From positions 608,001 through 672,000 of the forward strand of contig CAWFAK010000005.1 of NCBI GenBank assembly GCA_963813715.1: a stretch of DNA of 64,000 nucleotides. The letters run 5' to 3'. The stretch is from an uncultured Planctomycetaceae bacterium. GTDB taxonomy: Bacteria > Planctomycetota > Planctomycetia > Planctomycetales > Planctomycetaceae. Position 1 is the stretch's first letter. The number at the start of each line of letters is the position of its first letter. A model generated the notes under the pieces. That model did no database searches and was not told where the DNA came from. It was given only the letters and a program-made list of their open reading frames with translations. Made by a program: the position numbers and the translations under genes. Positions 60,106-64,000 of this stretch are shown here, piece by piece.

Positions 60106-63100
60106 CTAAGGGCTTGTAGCCGCGGGCGTCGTGGTCGTGCCCGGCGCAGTCGTTCCAGGCGTTGCGGTTGCCGCCTTCGCGGCCGCGGAAACGAGCGTCA
60201 CCGTCAGCTGATTGACAATCGTGAGCTTCGGTTGCCCTGTCCCAGAAACGGTGGCGTTCATGGTGAAGGACGTGTTCGAGGGGCCGATCGGTTTGACGGC
60301 GCCGAACTCGTACTGAATGACGTTGAACACATTGTTTGCCAGATTCGTGAGATCCTGGCCGGTGATTGTCAGCACGTGCGTGGTGGTGTTGTAATTTGTC
60401 GGCGCTGTCGAACCCGTCCCGGGAACAATTGTGATTTTCTGCGGGGAGACTGACCGACTGGCTGCCCCGCCGAGCGTCAACGTCAGTGTCACAGTGCTGT
60501 CGGAGGGAACCTGATATTGGGTTCCCATGTTGAGCGTCAGCGAGCTGGTGCGTAGAGGGGAGGATCGGCCGCAGCAATCCCGAGCCCCTTGGCGACGTAT
60601 CCCAGCGACAGTTGAGTACTCGTCCACTGAGGCTGCGAGACGACTGGCGGAGTTTGGGTGGCTCCCGAGGAATCTGATCCCCCGCCAGCAGTGCCGCCCG
60701 ACGCCGGAGCGAGGTTGCCCGAGCCAGTCTTCCCAAGGTGCCAGGCTGGAATTAGCAGATGGGACGTCGCCCCGTAAGGTGTGGGAAAGGTGCACGTCGA
60801 CAAACGTGAAAGCTGGCCAACTGTAGACGGCGATCGCAACGCTAACTGTGCACGGAGCGACACCGGAACCTTGTAACAGCATTGAAAGCGTGTCGGTACC
60901 GTTGTAGGCGGCTTTCGGCTTATAGGTCAGGCCATTGACTGCCGTGTTAAGCCGGTCAATGGTGCCGGTCACCGTCATTGAGCCCGTGCCATTAGCCCCC
61001 GTGGTGAAGCAAAGTCCATCGGTAGAACCCAATGCGAGCGTCCCGTTGTTTACTTTAAGCGTCAACTGCTGGAGCGTGCCAGGCAATCCGGGATCTTTTA
61101 ACTGGATTGCGTCGTTTCCAAACCGGAGGATCCCTCGATTGCTGATGGACTGTGTGGGACGCGTGTAGATCGAAGTCACCGCGGCCGGCGGTGGAGGCGA
61201 GGAAGAAGCGTCTGGCGATCTGGCGTCGCTTGTTTCACTCGTTGGGTCCTGCCAACCGCCGTAGACTTCTCCCGTATCCTCGACGATCGAAATCGCATTC
61301 GCTGGAATCGTGACCTTCATCACCTGCCTGCTGAGGAGTTCGGAGTTCGCCGCGATCTCCTGGCCACCGGCGATGACGCGAGTTTGATGGACGCTGAAGT
61401 GGTTTCCGATCAGGAAGATCGTCGTAGAGCCGTCGAGATTGATCGCGGGGGCGCCGTACCAACCCAGCAACTCCGGAGCCAGGTCCGTGACGCCGGTGTT
61501 GAACATGGCGAATCCGCCCAGAGTGTTTTCATAGGGCACTTGAACTGACATCGATTGCAGCGGCAATTTCGCAGCCAATTGGTGAGCGCTGCTGCTGCAG
61601 GCGATCCACCTCTCCATTCAGATAGCAGTGTGGATCGCTGACCATCTGGGCCCCGTCCTGGATCCACTTGGCCTGCTCGCTCAATCGGACGGCGGTGGTG
61701 GAATTCAAGAGTTTGCGATGCGGATTGTCCAAAGCGAACCAGTTGCTGCTGGCACTCATGTCGGCATACGGAACAAACGAAGGCATGATCACGATAGCCA
61801 CGCACTCGCGGATCCCCGGCTCGAGCATCCGTTCGCGCAAGAAGTTGCTTGCGGTTTGGTCCACCGCAAAGCAGATCCTGGAAGAAGACTTTGACGTTGC
61901 TGTCGGTGTCCGGCGTCTGAAAGCGGGGATAGAAGCGCCATCCAAAGGTCTCCGACCCGTGGGAAAAACCAACCGTCGTGTTGTTGATCGCGATCGTCTC
62001 CATGTCCATCTCGAGGCGGCGGGCAAATTGAAACATGTTGTTGGCGCTTAGGTTTCCGCTCACGAACGCCATGGACATCGCCAACTGCATTTCGCGCCGC
62101 ATACTGTAGCTGTCGGCGATGTTCTGCTGGTCGTCCTCGGGGTCCAAGGCAAAGACATGGATCGGCCAGCGACACTGCACGTATTGGTTGAAGTTCTGTG
62201 CGCGCTTGTGGCGACGGCTCGGGTGAGAAATAGTCGAGCCATTCCCCTTGCAGTTGAAATCCACCGCGCGCCGCGGCGGCTTCGGTCATGTCCTGCGTCA
62301 GTTGTTGATTGAGCAAAGCCGAATCGACAAGGATCGCCCACGCCAACGCCGGTGTCACTTGCGACTTTAGTGTCGCCCCAGTCGCGGACGTCGGCCTCGA
62401 AGGCATTCCGCATCGCGTCAATCTCAGCCGTGCGCAGGCCTCGAATAGCGCTGACCAGCGGCGGGCTGCAAAAACGCCACAGATCGATTCGTGTCTGGCC
62501 GGTCGCAAAGTTGTGGGCGGCGTCTCTCAAAAAGGCATACGACCCGTTCAGTTCTTCGCGGATATAGGATTGCACGTCGGGGTAGTGCACGACACCCTTA
62601 TTCGGCACCGCAAAGGTGAGCTGATAGGTTCCTGATAAAATTTCATTCACGTACGCCTTTCCATAGATATCGACCATCTGGGACGGTGGAAACGGTCGTT
62701 GTGCAACCTTCAGCCGAGTGGCAGAGCCGAGTTGGCGATTCAAGAGAAGCCCTACCTTATCGCTCACTGGGACTGAGATCCGTATGGCCGCCGTTAGTTG
62801 TCCGAGTTGTGTCTCTGGAAGGGCAGTGGAGATTCGGCGGGGTTGTGCCGCACTTGTGGAGGACGGCTGGGGCTTCTTCGTCGCTTCGTAAAGCACGCTC
62901 CTCAGGTCCCAGTCATTCAGGAGCTGAGTCATCGGAACGGCAATCTGATCGAGCAGATCGTTAACGACCAGATTGCGAAACGTCATCGGCAGCAGTTCTT
63001 CGTGCAAGTGCGGCGTAATCGAAAACGTGATCTCCGCCCCATAGCGCTGTTGCGTCTGACGACCGGGCAAAACGGACACGGGAATCCGGACAAGGTTGAG

Positions 63101-63838
63101 CGAATACCCCGGTGAGTCGGCCGTGTCGTCACCGTCGTTGATCCGGCGCAGTTCCTGCAAATGGTTGATGTATCGAGCCATTTGTTCGATTTGGACAGTC
63201 GGTTCCAGGCTAAGCCCCTTCTGACCGAACACTGCAAAGCCGGGCATCGGCTGCATGAAGGCCGGAGTGCGGGTGACGTTGTTGAAGGCGTCAAACGTGC
63301 CGGTGAAGTTTCCGTAGGGATTGGACGTCGACGGCGTCGAGGTGCCCGACCCACCGCCGCCTGAGCTGGAAGAGCTCGACGAGCTGCTCGAGCCTTTCGA
63401 CGTGCTCCCGGTCGGCGATCCGCTTGACGCGGCCTGCGCGGTGTACGAGAGCGCGAGGGCATCGGCCGCATAGGCCTGGTCGCTGCGCGAGACCGCTCCC
63501 TGCAGTGTGGGCTGGAAAGTCGTCAGCTGCGTGAGCATCTGAGTCTCGAATTCCTCCCGGTACATCGTGAGGCGAGCCTGGCCCCAAACGGAAGGCTGGT
63601 CGGCGACGATGCTCCCGTCGAGTTCGACGTGCCGGTCGAGCGCGTCGCACTCGCGGGCGAGATCGTGCAGGGTGGGCGGCCCGCAGAATTGCAAATTGTC
63701 GGCGGGTTCGCCTTCCGAGAAACCAATCGGCGAATCGATTAGGCCGATTGGCTCACAGGAGCTCGTCACCAGCGCAGTAACGATCAAAGCAACTACGACG
63801 AGCGACGAGCGTACGCTCCAACGTTGCACAGATTGCAT
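60106..63838 (-). CDS. Very large lipoprotein-like hypothetical protein, about 1200 aa (several frameshifts)
   Basis: Overlapping minus-strand ORFs 62060, 61789, 61410, 61529, 60106 and 60537 appear to tile one gene; TSSC lipobox; Ig/cadherin-like segment. Confidence 0.65.
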
Positions 63839-64000
63839 GGCAATCCCATTTCCGGCCAAAGTGCGAAGTGGATTTGAAGGAAGAATGACGTGGTGCAATT
63901 TGGGGAGGCGGATCCGGTGAGATGGGAATGAAACCGGAAGCTGCACGCCCGATTAGTCGTTTATTAGATCGACTGACGGATCTTGGAAAATTAGGATGGT

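Overview
GC-rich bacterial chromosome segment, probably Planctomycetota (inferred from gene content and codon style). Frequent single-base frameshifts, even in essential genes, suggest an unpolished long-read assembly. 1-15.7 kb is accessory: PI-PLC, MFS, dienelactone hydrolase, TetR with three operators, an in-frame MFP::RND fusion, an orphan histidine kinase, an LRR protein, a B12 radical SAM enzyme, DUF3892 and a Tat amidase. 15.7-23.7 kb is a replication cluster (gyrB-dciA-dnaN, a candidate oriC, a short dnaA, iscS, a decarboxylating dehydrogenase), followed by hppA, fucU, metB-like and cysK. 31.6-37.3 kb is a REP-rich island in which three unrelated IS elements (DDE, IS481, IS110/IS1111) each sit inside a palindrome. 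After it come pyrH, frr, yidD, rnpA, a PPIase fusion, a DnaJ-class gene, an ABC permease, pdxJ, DinG, tRNA-Val, a tandem GTPase pair and large secreted proteins. The most unusual signal is two related non-coding loci (about 33.0-35.7 kb and 49.2-50.75 kb). Each has a GGGTG-type REP hairpin, a conserved promoter-like leader, oriented CCGGTCCGGACAC/GGGACGGGACAC repeats, and a small CCGG-bounded gene cassette with shared end signatures. This suggests an integron-like cassette system with no recombinase visible in the window; it is a hypothesis from manual alignment.
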